Positions 27,029-36,453 of a stretch of DNA of 64,000 bases are shown here, in pieces. Made by a program: the position numbers and the translations under genes. Positions within the stretch are counted from its first letter, which is position 1. Each line of letters begins with the position of its first letter. The notes beneath the pieces are model-generated. The model ran no database searches. It had not been told where the DNA came from and worked only from the letters and a program-made list of their open reading frames with translations. This DNA is from Dehalococcoidia bacterium (lineage in GTDB: Bacteria > Chloroflexota > Dehalococcoidia > Lucifugimonadales > JAGWBF01), in NCBI GenBank assembly GCA_965237875.1, contig CBDEGP010000001.1, positions 1,051,355 through 1,115,354 of the forward strand, read 5' to 3'.

Positions 27029-28677
27029 CCTGCAGTCCTCTCTTCCTCCCGCTGCCTTAACTCCACGCGCCGTATCTTGCCGCTGATGGTCTTGGGAAGC
27101 TCTGTGACGTACTCCACAGACCGGGGGTACTTGAAGGGAGCGGTTACGGTCCTCACGTGAGTCTGGAGGCTCTGAGTCAATTCGTCCGACGGATGATAGC
27201 CGGGGGCCAGGACCACGAACGCCTTGACGATGTGGCCCCGCATCTCATCCGGGCTGGCAACCACCGCCGACTCGGCGACGGCGGGATGCTCTATGAGGGC
27301 GCTTTCCACTTCGAAAGGCCCTATCCGGTAACCTGCCGATATGATTACGTCGTCGGCCCTGCCGACGAACCAGAAGTACCCGTCCTCGTCCTTGAATCCC
27401 TTGTCCCCGGTCAGGTACCAGTCTCCCTGGAAGCAGGACGCCATTGCGTCCTCATCCTTCCAATACTCTTTCATAAGGCCAACGGGCCGTTCGGGTTTCA
27501 CCTTCACGGCGATCTGGCCCTCCTCGCCCGTGGGAAGCTCGTCGCCCTCCTCGTCCACGATTGAAACTTCGAATCCGGGGGCCGGCTTCCCCATGGACCC
27601 GGGTTTTATGGGCATGCAACGGTAGTTTGCTACGAGCAGCGTCGTCTCAGTCTGGCCATAGCCGTCGTATATGTTCAGGCCGGTCCCTTCCTCCCAGACC
27701 TTCATAACCTCAGGGTTCAACGGCTCCCCTGCGCCGGTGCAGTGACGCAGGCTGTTGAGGTCGTATTTTTTCAGGTCTTCGAGCACCAGCATACGGTAGG
27801 CGGTGGGAGGCGCGCAGAAGCTGGTGACGCCGTACCGTTCCAGAATCCTCAACGTCAGGTCGGCGTCGAAACGTCCCACGGCGTTATGCTGCATGATGGC
27901 TGCGCCTTGGACCCATTGGCCGAACAGCTTCCCGTAGGCCGTTTTAGCCCAACCCGTGTCGGAAATGGCCCAGTGGAGGTCGGTGGGTTTCAGGTCATGC
28001 CAGAACTTGGCGGTGACGACGTGGGCCAGGGCGTATGACGCCTGGGTGTGGAGGACCATCTTGGGCGGACCCACCGTGCCGGAGGTGAAGTAGATGACCA
28101 GGGGGTCGTCGCTGCGGGTGGGTTCGACGCTTTCCAGGGCGGATGGCTGATTTTCCCTCTCCGTGCTCCAATTGGTCCAGCCGCGGCGTTCGCTGTCGAT
28201 TAGGATGACGTGCTTTAGCGTGGGGCATCCGGCGACGATTTCATCCACCTTGTATGCGTTCTCGGAGTCCACTATAGCCAGGCTGGCCTCGGCTCGGTTT
28301 ACCCGGTACTCGATGTCGTGGGGAGTGCACAGGACGGTGGCGGGCATCGGCACCACTCCCAACTTCATCATGCCCAGGATTGCCACGTACCATTCCGGAA
28401 TACGCGGGGCCATTATGAAGGCCCGCTCTCCTTTTTCTATGCCCAGGTTGAGCAGCAGGTTGGCGAACTTGTTGGAGAGGACCTTGAGGTCATGGAAGGT
28501 GTGCTTGTCGGCGGAGTCGCCCGACGAGTGCACCGACACCAAGGCCAGCTTGGTGTGGTCATCCGCCCAGTTGTCCACGACATCGAACCCGAAGTTGTAC
28601 AGTTCGGGGACGTCCAGCCGGAATTCCCGGCGGGCCTCTTCATAGTCCGGCATGTTGGGAGAAAGGTCTATTGTCAT
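27025..28677 (-). CDS. AMP-dependent synthetase/ligase (medium-chain acyl-CoA synthetase-like)
   Basis: IYFTSGTVGPPKMV AMP-binding motif. 550 aa. Confidence 0.88.
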   Translation of the reverse strand: MTIDLSPNMPDYEEARREFRLDVPELYNFGFDVVDNWADDHTKLALVSVHSSGDSADKHTFHDLKVLSNKFANLLLNLGIEKGERAFIMAPRIPEWYVAILGMMKLGVVPMPATVLCTPHDIEYRVNRAEASLAIVDSENAYKVDEIVAGCPTLKHVILIDSERRGWTNWSTERENQPSALESVEPTRSDDPLVIYFTSGTVGPPKMVLHTQASYALAHVVTAKFWHDLKPTDLHWAISDTGWAKTAYGKLFGQWVQGAAIMQHNAVGRFDADLTLRILERYGVTSFCAPPTAYRMLVLEDLKKYDLNSLRHCTGAGEPLNPEVMKVWEEGTGLNIYDGYGQTETTLLVANYRCMPIKPGSMGKPAPGFEVSIVDEEGDELPTGEEGQIAVKVKPERPVGLMKEYWKDEDAMASCFQGDWYLTGDKGFKDEDGYFWFVGRADDVIISAGYRIGPFEVESALIEHPAVAESAVVASPDEMRGHIVKAFVVLAPGYHPSDELTQSLQTHVRTVTAPFKYPRSVEYVTELPKTISGKIRRVELRQREEERTAG

Positions 28678-28698
28678 GGAGCAATGCCTTTACCGCTG

Positions 28699-28709
28699 AT
28701 TGAATCAAT
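28699..28709. promoter_or_regulatory. perfect palindrome ATTGAaTCAAT (candidate operator)
   Basis: It lies 22 nt upstream of the acyl-CoA synthetase start (28677, minus strand). Confidence 0.35.
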
Positions 28710-28738
28710 AAACCCCGGTGCGCGGCCCGTTGTGACCT

Positions 28739-28772
28739 GGCATGCCGCGGGCCGTGGCATGCCGCGGGCCGT
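28739..28772 (+). repeat. exact tandem duplication 2 x 17 bp GGCATGCCGCGGGCCGT
   Basis: Both copies are identical. Each contains the palindromes GCATGC and CCGCGG. It lies in the divergent acyl-CoA-synthetase/SDR spacer. Confidence 0.9.
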
Positions 28773-28827
28773 GGGGGGGATTATAAAGGCTGTCCGGCGC
28801 CGTCTCAACCCTGGTGAGTTGGCCCCG

Positions 28828-28836
28828 TGCTATACT
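28828..28836 (+). promoter_or_regulatory. extended -10 element TGCTATACT
   Basis: It lies 61 nt upstream of the SDR start at 28897, in the divergent spacer. Confidence 0.4.
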
Positions 28837-28896
28837 CCCGTTGACCCATTAGTTCGGTGGCTGATTGGCCCATTAGCTTATTACAAGGAGGCGGCC

Positions 28897-29646
28897 ATGC
28901 GGTTGGAGGGTAAAGTGGCCCTGATAAGCGGAGGCGCCAGGGGAATGGGCGCCGTAGAGGCCAAGCTGTTCGCAAGGGAAGGCGCTAAGGTCGTCCTTGG
29001 GGACGTGCTCGAAGCGGAGGGCATGGGCGTCGAGGCCGAAATCAATGAGTCGGGCGGAGAGTCCGTCTTCATCAGACTGGACGTGACAGTCGCGGCGGAC
29101 TGGGAAGCGGCTGTGGGCGTTGCAGTCGAGCGGTTTGGCAGATTGGACATCCTCGTGAACAACGCCGGCATATCCAACCGGGCCACATTGGAGGACACCT
29201 CCGAAGAGGCATGGGACCGCATGTTGGACATCAACGCCAAGGGCGTTTTCCTGGGATCAAGACAAGCCATACCGGCTATGCGAAGCGCCGGCGGAGGATC
29301 AATCATAAACATTTCGTCCATCTACGGACTCATCGGAAGCCGCACTTCAGCGGCGTATCACGCCTCGAAGGGCGCCGTGCGGCTGCTCACCAAGGCCACG
29401 GCCATCCAGCACGCCTCGGAGAATATCCGCGGCAACTCGGTGCATCCGGGTTTCATCCAAACGCCTATGACTGAAGCGTCGTTGTCTGACCAGGAACACA
29501 GGGAACGCATAATCGCTTCCACTCCTCTTGGGAGATTGGGGGTCTCGGAAGATATAGCCAAGGGCGTCCTGTACCTGGCGTCCGATGAGTCATCCTATGT
29601 CACAGGCTCCGAGCTTGTCATCGACGGTGGTTTCACGGCCCAGTGA
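28897..29646 (+). CDS. short-chain dehydrogenase/reductase (SDR)
   Basis: ISGGARGMG and YHASKGAV (YxxxK). I trimmed the start to ATG 28897, which has AAGGAGG upstream. The 28318 ORF start lies in the antisense/intergenic region. Confidence 0.9.
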   Translation: MRLEGKVALISGGARGMGAVEAKLFAREGAKVVLGDVLEAEGMGVEAEINESGGESVFIRLDVTVAADWEAAVGVAVERFGRLDILVNNAGISNRATLEDTSEEAWDRMLDINAKGVFLGSRQAIPAMRSAGGGSIINISSIYGLIGSRTSAAYHASKGAVRLLTKATAIQHASENIRGNSVHPGFIQTPMTEASLSDQEHRERIIASTPLGRLGVSEDIAKGVLYLASDESSYVTGSELVIDGGFTAQ

Positions 29647-29713
29647 AGGCGCCGGTTTGTGTTAAAATTCATCCTGCATCCCGATGGAACTTGCCATATT
29701 CGAAAGGAGCCTG

Positions 29714-30571
29714 ATGCTGCTCTCAGAACGCCGCCAGCGCTACCGCAACATCCTGGAAGGAGACCAATGCGTTCATCCTGCGTCGGTCTTCGACGCCATG
29801 TCCGCCCGTATGGCCGACTCCCTGGGGTTCGAGGTGGGGATGTTGTCGGGGTCAATCGCCTCAGGCGCGGTGCTTGGAGCGCCTGACATAATAGTCCTGA
29901 CCCTAACTGAGTTCGCACAGCAGGCCCGCCGTGTGACGCGCGCCTGCGACATCAGTCTCATGGTTGACGCCGACCACGGCTACGGCAACGCTATGAACGT
30001 CATGCGCACAGTAGAAGAGATGGAGGCCTCGGGCGTTTCCTGCCTTACCATAGAGGACACGGCGCTTCCCCGAGGTTTCAGGCACGGTGAAGAGCTGATA
30101 TCCCAGGAGGAGATGGTGGGCAAGCTGAAGGCCGCATTGTCCGCCAGGCAGGACCCAACCCTGGTAATAGTCGGACGGACCAACTCGCGGGCCTGCTCCG
30201 GGACCGAAGAGTTGGCTGAGAGGGCCAGGGCTTACGAAGCGACGGGCATCGACGGCATATTCGTCGCCGGGCTCAGCAGCGGCGAGGAGCTGGACGCCAT
30301 TCTAAGCGCGACCAAGCTGCCCCTGCTCCTCGGGTCTGCTCCGGCGTCTCTTGGCGGCAAGGAGGAGCTGGCGAAAAAGCGGGTCAGGATAGCCCTGCAA
30401 GGCCACCTTCCCTTCTATGCTGCGGCCAAAGCGGTCTACGACACCCTCAAGCATCTGGCGGATGGAGGGGCGCCGGCCGACATACAGGGCAACGTGGCCG
30501 CCGGAGAGCTGCTGGACATATCCATGAAGCAGCCTGAATACTCCACGTGGACCAAGGACTTTCTCAACTAG
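29714..30571 (+). CDS. isocitrate lyase / PEP mutase superfamily enzyme (methylisocitrate lyase / oxaloacetate decarboxylase-like)
   Basis: SLMVDADHGYGNAMN motif. I prefer ATG 29714 (AAAGGAG 4 nt upstream) to ATG 29684. Confidence 0.85.
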   Translation: MLLSERRQRYRNILEGDQCVHPASVFDAMSARMADSLGFEVGMLSGSIASGAVLGAPDIIVLTLTEFAQQARRVTRACDISLMVDADHGYGNAMNVMRTVEEMEASGVSCLTIEDTALPRGFRHGEELISQEEMVGKLKAALSARQDPTLVIVGRTNSRACSGTEELAERARAYEATGIDGIFVAGLSSGEELDAILSATKLPLLLGSAPASLGGKEELAKKRVRIALQGHLPFYAAAKAVYDTLKHLADGGAPADIQGNVAAGELLDISMKQPEYSTWTKDFLN

Positions 30572-30580
30572 GAGGCGGTT

Positions 30581-31084
30581 ATGGCGATGGAATCGGCGAT
30601 CTCGGAGATGCTCGACCGACAGGGGATACGGGACGTAATGGCCCGGTATTATCGAGGTATAGACAGAAAAGACATGGAGTTGGTGGGTGACTGCTTTACG
30701 GAGGACGCCTATGCCAGATACGGCACTTTCGAAGCCATTGGACGTGACCGCATCAAAGAAGTCCTCGGGACGATCGTTCGTTGCTTCGGCGCATCCATCC
30801 ATTTGAGGGGCGACCAGGAAGTCAAGCTCGACGGTGACACTGCCGAGGTGGAGACCTATGCCGTGGACTATTTGAACTATACCGTTGACGGCGTCCCCCA
30901 CCAGTCCACCCACGGCCTCAGATATCGGGACACCATGGTCCGGGAAGGCGAAGTATGGCGCGTGAAGCACAGGGTGCTCCAGTCCGACTGGACCCGCGCC
31001 TACCCCATTGACCCCACTGTACCCCTCCAGTTCGATTCGGACGCTTCCAAGACTCTGATAAAAGGGAGACAGATAGTCCAATAA
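30581..31084 (+). CDS. SnoaL-like / NTF2-superfamily protein
   Basis: 167 aa. IRDVMARYYRGIDRKDMELVGDCFTEDA is the typical SnoaL_4-type N-terminus. TAGGAGG RBS. Confidence 0.75.
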   Translation: MAMESAISEMLDRQGIRDVMARYYRGIDRKDMELVGDCFTEDAYARYGTFEAIGRDRIKEVLGTIVRCFGASIHLRGDQEVKLDGDTAEVETYAVDYLNYTVDGVPHQSTHGLRYRDTMVREGEVWRVKHRVLQSDWTRAYPIDPTVPLQFDSDASKTLIKGRQIVQ

Positions 31085-31115
31085 TTGATGACAATAGACT
31101 AGCGGGAGGTTGGCC

Positions 31116-32303
31116 ATGGTAGAGCAACTTGCACGGCCCAAGGACAAGGTGGAAGTCTACTGGTTCTCGGAGCAGCCCAACGGATACATCACCGACAACG
31201 ACCTGGAGAAGTACCCTTCAGGCCGCCTGGGATTCCCCAACTCCCACTTCGACCGGCACAAGGCCCACGTTCTCTATTCCCAGTACCACGACCAGTACGC
31301 CTATGCTGACGAGGTGGACTTCGACGGCATCATGAGCAACGAGCACCACTCGGCCTACTGGTGCATGAAGCCCGCAGTGAACCTGGACGCGGCGGTGATC
31401 TCCAAGGTGACCAGGAAGGTCAAAATCGCCATCCTGGGCAACGTCATAGCCATCAACGACCCCGTCAGGATGGCCGAAGAGATTGCCATGCTGGACTGCT
31501 ACTCCGGCGGTCGAATCATCTCCGGGTTCGTGAGGGGCGGCGCCGTGGAAAGTCTTCAAGGGGGCATCGACCCTTCCGAGAACCGGGAGCGGTTCGAGGA
31601 GGCCCACGACCTCATCATCAAGTGTTGGACAGAGCCGGGACCTTTCCGGTTCGAGGGCAAGCACTATCAGTACAGGGTGGTCAACCCGTGGGTCCTGCCA
31701 ATGCAGGAGCCGCACCCGGACATCTGGTTCCCTGGCACCGGCAGCCCTGAGAGCGTGGTCTGGGCGGCCAGCCACGGCCATCCCTACATGAACCTGGGCG
31801 CTCTGCTGGAGATCACCCAATGGCTAAAGGACATTTACATCGACACGGCTCGCGAAGCCGGATACAAGCCTGGGCCTGAGCACTTCGGCTACCTGCTCAA
31901 GGTGTTCTGCGCAGACACTGACGAAAAGGCCATCGAGATGGGGCGACGGTTCCTGTGGACTGAAAACCACCGCCAGCGTGGACCCAGGGAGCATGTGGAC
32001 CCGCCCGGTTATCAGTCGAGGGGAGCGCTGAAGGTCAAGGCGCAGCGGCCCACCGCGGGAGGTTTCGTTGGGAAGAAACTCAACTACGACGAGTTGCGGG
32101 GACTCAACAACATCATCGTTGGAAGCCCTGATACAGTGGTGTCAAAGCTGACGGAGGTCATCTCGCGCCTCAACCCCGGTTACCTGCACATATACGGCAA
32201 CGAGGGCGACATGCCCCACGAGGACGTGATGCGGTCCATCGAGCTGCTGGGCAGGGAAGTGATTCCCGCTTTGCACGAGATCAAGCTCCAACCCTACGAG
32301 TAG
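31116..32303 (+). CDS. LLM-class flavin-dependent oxidoreductase (paralog of 19449..20618)
   Basis: Collinear with the other LLM along its full length, roughly three quarters identical by eye. ATG 31116 sits 6 nt after GGGAGG. Confidence 0.85.
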   Translation: MVEQLARPKDKVEVYWFSEQPNGYITDNDLEKYPSGRLGFPNSHFDRHKAHVLYSQYHDQYAYADEVDFDGIMSNEHHSAYWCMKPAVNLDAAVISKVTRKVKIAILGNVIAINDPVRMAEEIAMLDCYSGGRIISGFVRGGAVESLQGGIDPSENRERFEEAHDLIIKCWTEPGPFRFEGKHYQYRVVNPWVLPMQEPHPDIWFPGTGSPESVVWAASHGHPYMNLGALLEITQWLKDIYIDTAREAGYKPGPEHFGYLLKVFCADTDEKAIEMGRRFLWTENHRQRGPREHVDPPGYQSRGALKVKAQRPTAGGFVGKKLNYDELRGLNNIIVGSPDTVVSKLTEVISRLNPGYLHIYGNEGDMPHEDVMRSIELLGREVIPALHEIKLQPYE

Positions 32304-32401
32304 CAGCGGGGGATGCTCGCCACCGGAACAAAAACACTCAGGTTATAGACGGAAACCGCAAATTTACCGCGGTTGGTGAAACCTGACCGAACGCGTTCCT
32401 A

Positions 32402-32430
32402 TTGACATATATTTGATTTAGTTGTTAAAT
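32402..32430 (+). promoter_or_regulatory. promoter of first SBP gene (TTGACA-17-TTAAAT)
   Basis: Consensus -35, 17-nt spacer and a near-consensus -10. The whole block is conserved at 34414..34442. Confidence 0.55.
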
Positions 32431-32461
32431 TCCCCAAACACGGCGGTCGGGAGGTCCTTGC

Positions 32462-34249
32462 ATGACGATTCTGAGGCTCCTCAAGTCAAGGTGGATGCTC
32501 ACTTTGCCTCTTCTGCTGGTCTTGGCGGCGGCAATGGCGTGCGGAGACGAGGCGACCCCAACGTCGGCGCCAACATCCACGACGCAGCCCACTCCGACTT
32601 CACCGGCCGCTACATCGACGCCCGAACCAACGACCCCGGCGGTTATGATAGAAGGTGAATACGGAGGCTCTGTCACGCTTTACAACTCGGCCTATGCCGC
32701 TCACTTCGATATGCACTTGGGGCCGTCTCTCCACTCCACCCGCGGTGGGAGGGCCGCCTTCAACGGGTTGGTGCATTACAACTTCGAGGACGCGCGGGAA
32801 GTTCTTTGCGACCTGTGCGCTGACTGGGCGCTGTCCGATGACGGGTTGACTTATACGTTCAACATGAACCCTGCCGCCACGTGGCAGGACGGGACCAAGG
32901 TTACTGCTGGAGACGTGAAGTACAGCCTGGACCGGATGGTGGCAGCAGGCGAAGTTAGACCGAGGTCGGGCGCCATCAGAGCGTATTACGAGAGTTCACG
33001 GGTCGTAGACGACGGGACCTTGGAAGTGACTACCTCGTTCCCCGCCGCCGCATTCTTGAAGTTCCTGGCCTTGGACTACATGGTGATTGTCAGCGAGGCC
33101 CATACCACATCGGGGGTCGACGTGGATCTGCCTGAAAACGTGATGGGTTCAGGAGCATTCCGGCTTGTGGACGTGATCAACGGAGAGAAATGGTCCTTTG
33201 AGAAGAACGAAAACTATTGGAAGCCAGGACTGCCGTTCCTGGATAGAGCGGACGTTCTTGTGATCCAGGGCAGGAGCAACCAGTTGGCCTCCTTGCTTAC
33301 TGGCCAGACCCTTAGCTCTATGGGCGCTCCCAGCTCGGTAGATTCGTCCACCCGACCCTCCGCGATAGAGCAGTCCGGTGGGAAGTTGAGACCCAGCGAA
33401 GCGCTGACTGGCCCGATAGCGGCCTTCGTAAACCATTTGAATCCTCCTTTCGATGACGTCAACGTCAGAAAGGCCGTCAACCTGGCAATCAACAGGCAGG
33501 AGTTCAAGGACGGCGTCTACCAAGGCGTCATGTGGCCCGGCTCCTATTTCGGACCTGGCGTTGCCAACGGGGAGGCCGAAACTTCCCAGTGGGAAGGGTA
33601 CAGAGTGAACGCCGACGGCTCCAAAGTACAGGAAGACCTGGACACGGCAAGGGCCTTGCTCGAGTCATCAGGCTACGGTTCCGGCAATCCGCTCAAGTTC
33701 GACATCATGGTGAGGACCGTCAGCATATACCCGACTGCCGCAGTCTTCCTGAAAGAGCAATTCGAGGCGATAGCGCCCTGGGTGGAAGTAGAGATCGAAG
33801 AAGTTGAAAGCGTCGCAGGCATCACGCGTCAGGCGTCCGGTGAGTTCCAGATGAGCTACAGGATCATCGCAACCTTGACAGACGACCCAGACGGGGTCTT
33901 CCTGCCCATATACCTGCCGGGCGGCTCTGAGAACCCTCTGGGTTACGAGGACCCAAGGGTCGTGGACATCTTCGAACGGCAGAAGAGGGAGCTCGACCCC
34001 GCGACGCGGCTGGAGCTTCTGAGGGAAGCCGACGACATCCTAAGACAAGGTGAAAGCCAGTGGTTCCAGGTGGGTTGGGGACCCAGCTTTGGAGTGGCCA
34101 GCGTCAAGCTGAAGAACTTGGGTCTATGGCCCAACCAGTACGGGGAATACCTCCGGCCCATAGACATGCTTGCAGGGTTGGAGCACGTCTGGCTCGACCC
34201 TGACGCTCCGCTGTACGACCCCGACAACCCGCCGTACCCCGCGCCGTAA
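32462..34249 (+). CDS. ABC transporter substrate-binding lipoprotein, family 5 (peptide/nickel/opine type)
   Basis: Signal peptide with lipobox LAAAMAC, a Pro/Thr-rich linker, then an SBP_bac_5-like body. It has its own promoter and terminator. Confidence 0.85.
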   Translation: MTILRLLKSRWMLTLPLLLVLAAAMACGDEATPTSAPTSTTQPTPTSPAATSTPEPTTPAVMIEGEYGGSVTLYNSAYAAHFDMHLGPSLHSTRGGRAAFNGLVHYNFEDAREVLCDLCADWALSDDGLTYTFNMNPAATWQDGTKVTAGDVKYSLDRMVAAGEVRPRSGAIRAYYESSRVVDDGTLEVTTSFPAAAFLKFLALDYMVIVSEAHTTSGVDVDLPENVMGSGAFRLVDVINGEKWSFEKNENYWKPGLPFLDRADVLVIQGRSNQLASLLTGQTLSSMGAPSSVDSSTRPSAIEQSGGKLRPSEALTGPIAAFVNHLNPPFDDVNVRKAVNLAINRQEFKDGVYQGVMWPGSYFGPGVANGEAETSQWEGYRVNADGSKVQEDLDTARALLESSGYGSGNPLKFDIMVRTVSIYPTAAVFLKEQFEAIAPWVEVEIEEVESVAGITRQASGEFQMSYRIIATLTDDPDGVFLPIYLPGGSENPLGYEDPRVVDIFERQKRELDPATRLELLREADDILRQGESQWFQVGWGPSFGVASVKLKNLGLWPNQYGEYLRPIDMLAGLEHVWLDPDAPLYDPDNPPYPAP

Positions 34250-34271
34250 AGCCGGTCCACTGTAGAATTAG

Positions 34272-34306
34272 TTGGCCGCTGCCGCAACGATTCCGGCAGC
34301 GGCCAA
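34272..34306 (+). terminator. 13-bp perfect stem hairpin after first SBP gene
   Basis: TTGGCCGCTGCCG-caacgattc-CGGCAGCGGCCAA followed by TACTATTTG. Confidence 0.55.
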
Positions 34307-34413
34307 TACTATTTGCAACTTGGCGGACGCCTATATGATTAGTTCTAGGCCAAATCATAGACGGTAATCGTAAATCTATGGTGTATGCTGAAACCTAACC
34401 CAATCCGTTCCTA

Positions 34414-34442
34414 TTGACATCCTTGAATGATGTCTGTTAAAT
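34414..34442 (+). promoter_or_regulatory. promoter of second SBP gene (TTGACA-17-TTAAAT)
   Basis: It has the same architecture as 32402..32430. It is preceded by the terminator hairpin of the first SBP gene. Confidence 0.55.
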
Positions 34443-34473
34443 TCGCCGAAATCTACGGTCGGAGGTTCCTTGT

Positions 34474-36432
34474 ATGACCGTCCTAAGGCTTCTCAAATCA
34501 CGGTGGTTGCTTGCTTTGCCAGTCTTGTTGGTCCTGGCAGCGGCAATGGCGTGCGGTGGGGATAAAGCGACTCCGGTCCCGACTCCTACACCTCTGAACT
34601 TCGAAGAGCTCGCATCTCAGTTCGGACAGCAGGTCCTCGCAGGCATCCAAATCCCAGAGGGGTTGTCGGCAGAGGATGTGCAGCAAATTGTTGAACAAGC
34701 AATGTCCGAGATTCCTGAGGGTTTGACGGTCGAGGAAGTTCAGGCAATAGTGAACAAAGCGGTTTCCGAGATAGACATACCTCCCACGGCAACGCCGGGC
34801 GCGATGATGCCAGGCGACGGCATGATGATGCCGGAAGGCGAATATGGCGGCAGTATTACCCTCTACAACTACGCCTACGCGTCCCACTTCGACTTGCACG
34901 TGGCCCCCGCGTTGGACTCTACCCGTGGAGCACGGCCAGCCTTCAACGGGTTGGTGCACTACAGCTTCAAGAACCCTCAAGAGGTCCTCTGCGACTTGTG
35001 CACCGACTGGAAACTGTCCGACGATGGGCTGAAATACACGTTCAACATCAACCCGGCGGCCACTTGGCAGAACGGCTCCCCGGTTGCGGCCTCAGACATA
35101 AAGTTCAGCCTCGACCGCATGGTGGAACCGGGCGAACCTCGCCCAAGGGCAGGCGCAATAAAGGCTTACTACGCCAGTTCCCAGGTTATTGACCCGACGA
35201 CAATCGACGTGACCATGTCCTTCCCTGCCGGGGCTTTCCTGAAGTTCCTGGCTTTGGACTACATGGTTATGGTCAGCGAGGCCCACACTACTTCGGGAGT
35301 CGACGTTGATCTTCCCGAAAACGTAATGGGGTCCGGAGCGTTCAAGCTGACTGAAGCCGTGGTGGGAGAAAGCTGGCTCTTTGAGAAGAACGACAATTAC
35401 TGGAAGTCCGGACTTCCCTTCCTTAACCGAGTGGACGTCATCGTTGTCAGAGGTCGGAGCAACCAGCTGGCTTCCATGCTCACCGGTCAGACTCTTAGCT
35501 CGACCGGCTCACCCGGCGGCGTGACTCCCGCCACCCGGGACGCTGCCATAGAGCAGTCCGGCGGCAGGCTCAGACCCAGCGAGGCCTTAACCGGCCCCAT
35601 AGCGGCCTTCGTAAACCACATCAATCCTCCCTTTGACGATGTCAACGTGAGGAAGGCGGTTAACTTGGCCATCAACCGCCAAGAGTTCAAAGACGGAGTC
35701 TACGACGGAGTAATGTGGCCGGGTTCCTACTTCGGGCCCGGCGTAGCCCACAGTGAAGCAGAGGTGTCCCAGTGGGAGGGGTACCGGGTGAACGCGGACG
35801 GGTCTAAGGTCCAAGAAGACCTGGATGCGGCCAGGGCACTGTTGGAGTCATCGGGCTACGGTCCCAACAACCCTCTTGAGTTCGACATTATGGTCAGGAC
35901 CGTCAGCGTCTACCCGACGGCTGCTGTGTTCCTCAAAGAGCAATTTGAGGCCATCGCTGACTGGGTGAACATAGGCATTGAGGAAGTCGAGAGCGTGGCA
36001 GGGATAACTCGGCAGGCGTCCGGAGAATTTCAGCTGAGCTACCGGATTATCGCCACTCTCACCGACGACCCGGACGGAGTCTTCTCACCGATATACCTGC
36101 CGGGCGGCTCTGAGAACCCTCTGAAGTACGAAGACCCCAGAATAGTGGACCTCTTCGAAAGGCAGAAGAAGGAGTTCGACCCGGCGAAGCGGCGAGAACT
36201 GCTGAGGGAGGCTGACAACATTCTCAGACAGGGTGAAAGCCAGTGGTTCCAGGTGGGTTTTGGACCCAGCTTTGGTGTGGCCAGCGTCAAGCTTCAGAAC
36301 CAGGGTCTGTGGCCCAACCAGTGGGGAGAATACCTCCGGCCCATAGACATGCTTGCTGAGTTGGAGCACCTCTGGTTCGATCCTGACGCTCCGCTCTACG
36401 ACCCCGACAACCCGCCATACCCGGCGCCGTAA
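34474..36432 (+). CDS. ABC transporter substrate-binding lipoprotein, family 5 (tandem paralog with repeat-containing linker)
   Basis: The mature domain is >80% identical by eye to 32462..34249. It has the same lipobox. The linker is replaced by a 2 x 20-aa repeat. Confidence 0.85.
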   Translation: MTVLRLLKSRWLLALPVLLVLAAAMACGGDKATPVPTPTPLNFEELASQFGQQVLAGIQIPEGLSAEDVQQIVEQAMSEIPEGLTVEEVQAIVNKAVSEIDIPPTATPGAMMPGDGMMMPEGEYGGSITLYNYAYASHFDLHVAPALDSTRGARPAFNGLVHYSFKNPQEVLCDLCTDWKLSDDGLKYTFNINPAATWQNGSPVAASDIKFSLDRMVEPGEPRPRAGAIKAYYASSQVIDPTTIDVTMSFPAGAFLKFLALDYMVMVSEAHTTSGVDVDLPENVMGSGAFKLTEAVVGESWLFEKNDNYWKSGLPFLNRVDVIVVRGRSNQLASMLTGQTLSSTGSPGGVTPATRDAAIEQSGGRLRPSEALTGPIAAFVNHINPPFDDVNVRKAVNLAINRQEFKDGVYDGVMWPGSYFGPGVAHSEAEVSQWEGYRVNADGSKVQEDLDAARALLESSGYGPNNPLEFDIMVRTVSVYPTAAVFLKEQFEAIADWVNIGIEEVESVAGITRQASGEFQLSYRIIATLTDDPDGVFSPIYLPGGSENPLKYEDPRIVDLFERQKKEFDPAKRRELLREADNILRQGESQWFQVGFGPSFGVASVKLQNQGLWPNQWGEYLRPIDMLAELEHLWFDPDAPLYDPDNPPYPAP

Positions 36433-36453
36433 GGACGACCAACAACAAGACAC

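Noticed and set aside
28739-28772. Possibility that short tandem repeats (28739..28772, 7671..7705) are CRISPR remnants
   Set aside because: There are only two directly abutting copies with no spacers, and no cas genes in the window.
28318-28896. N-terminal extensions suggested by the ORF track for the SDR (28318), cysS (to 2921), the FMN dehydrogenase (24047), the NTF2-like gene (to 57322), the VOC gene (to 44782), the amidohydrolase (to 48097) and sodX (14752)
   Set aside because: The extensions overlap neighbouring genes or spacers and lack family similarity. Internal starts with strong Shine-Dalgarno sequences give canonical N-termini.
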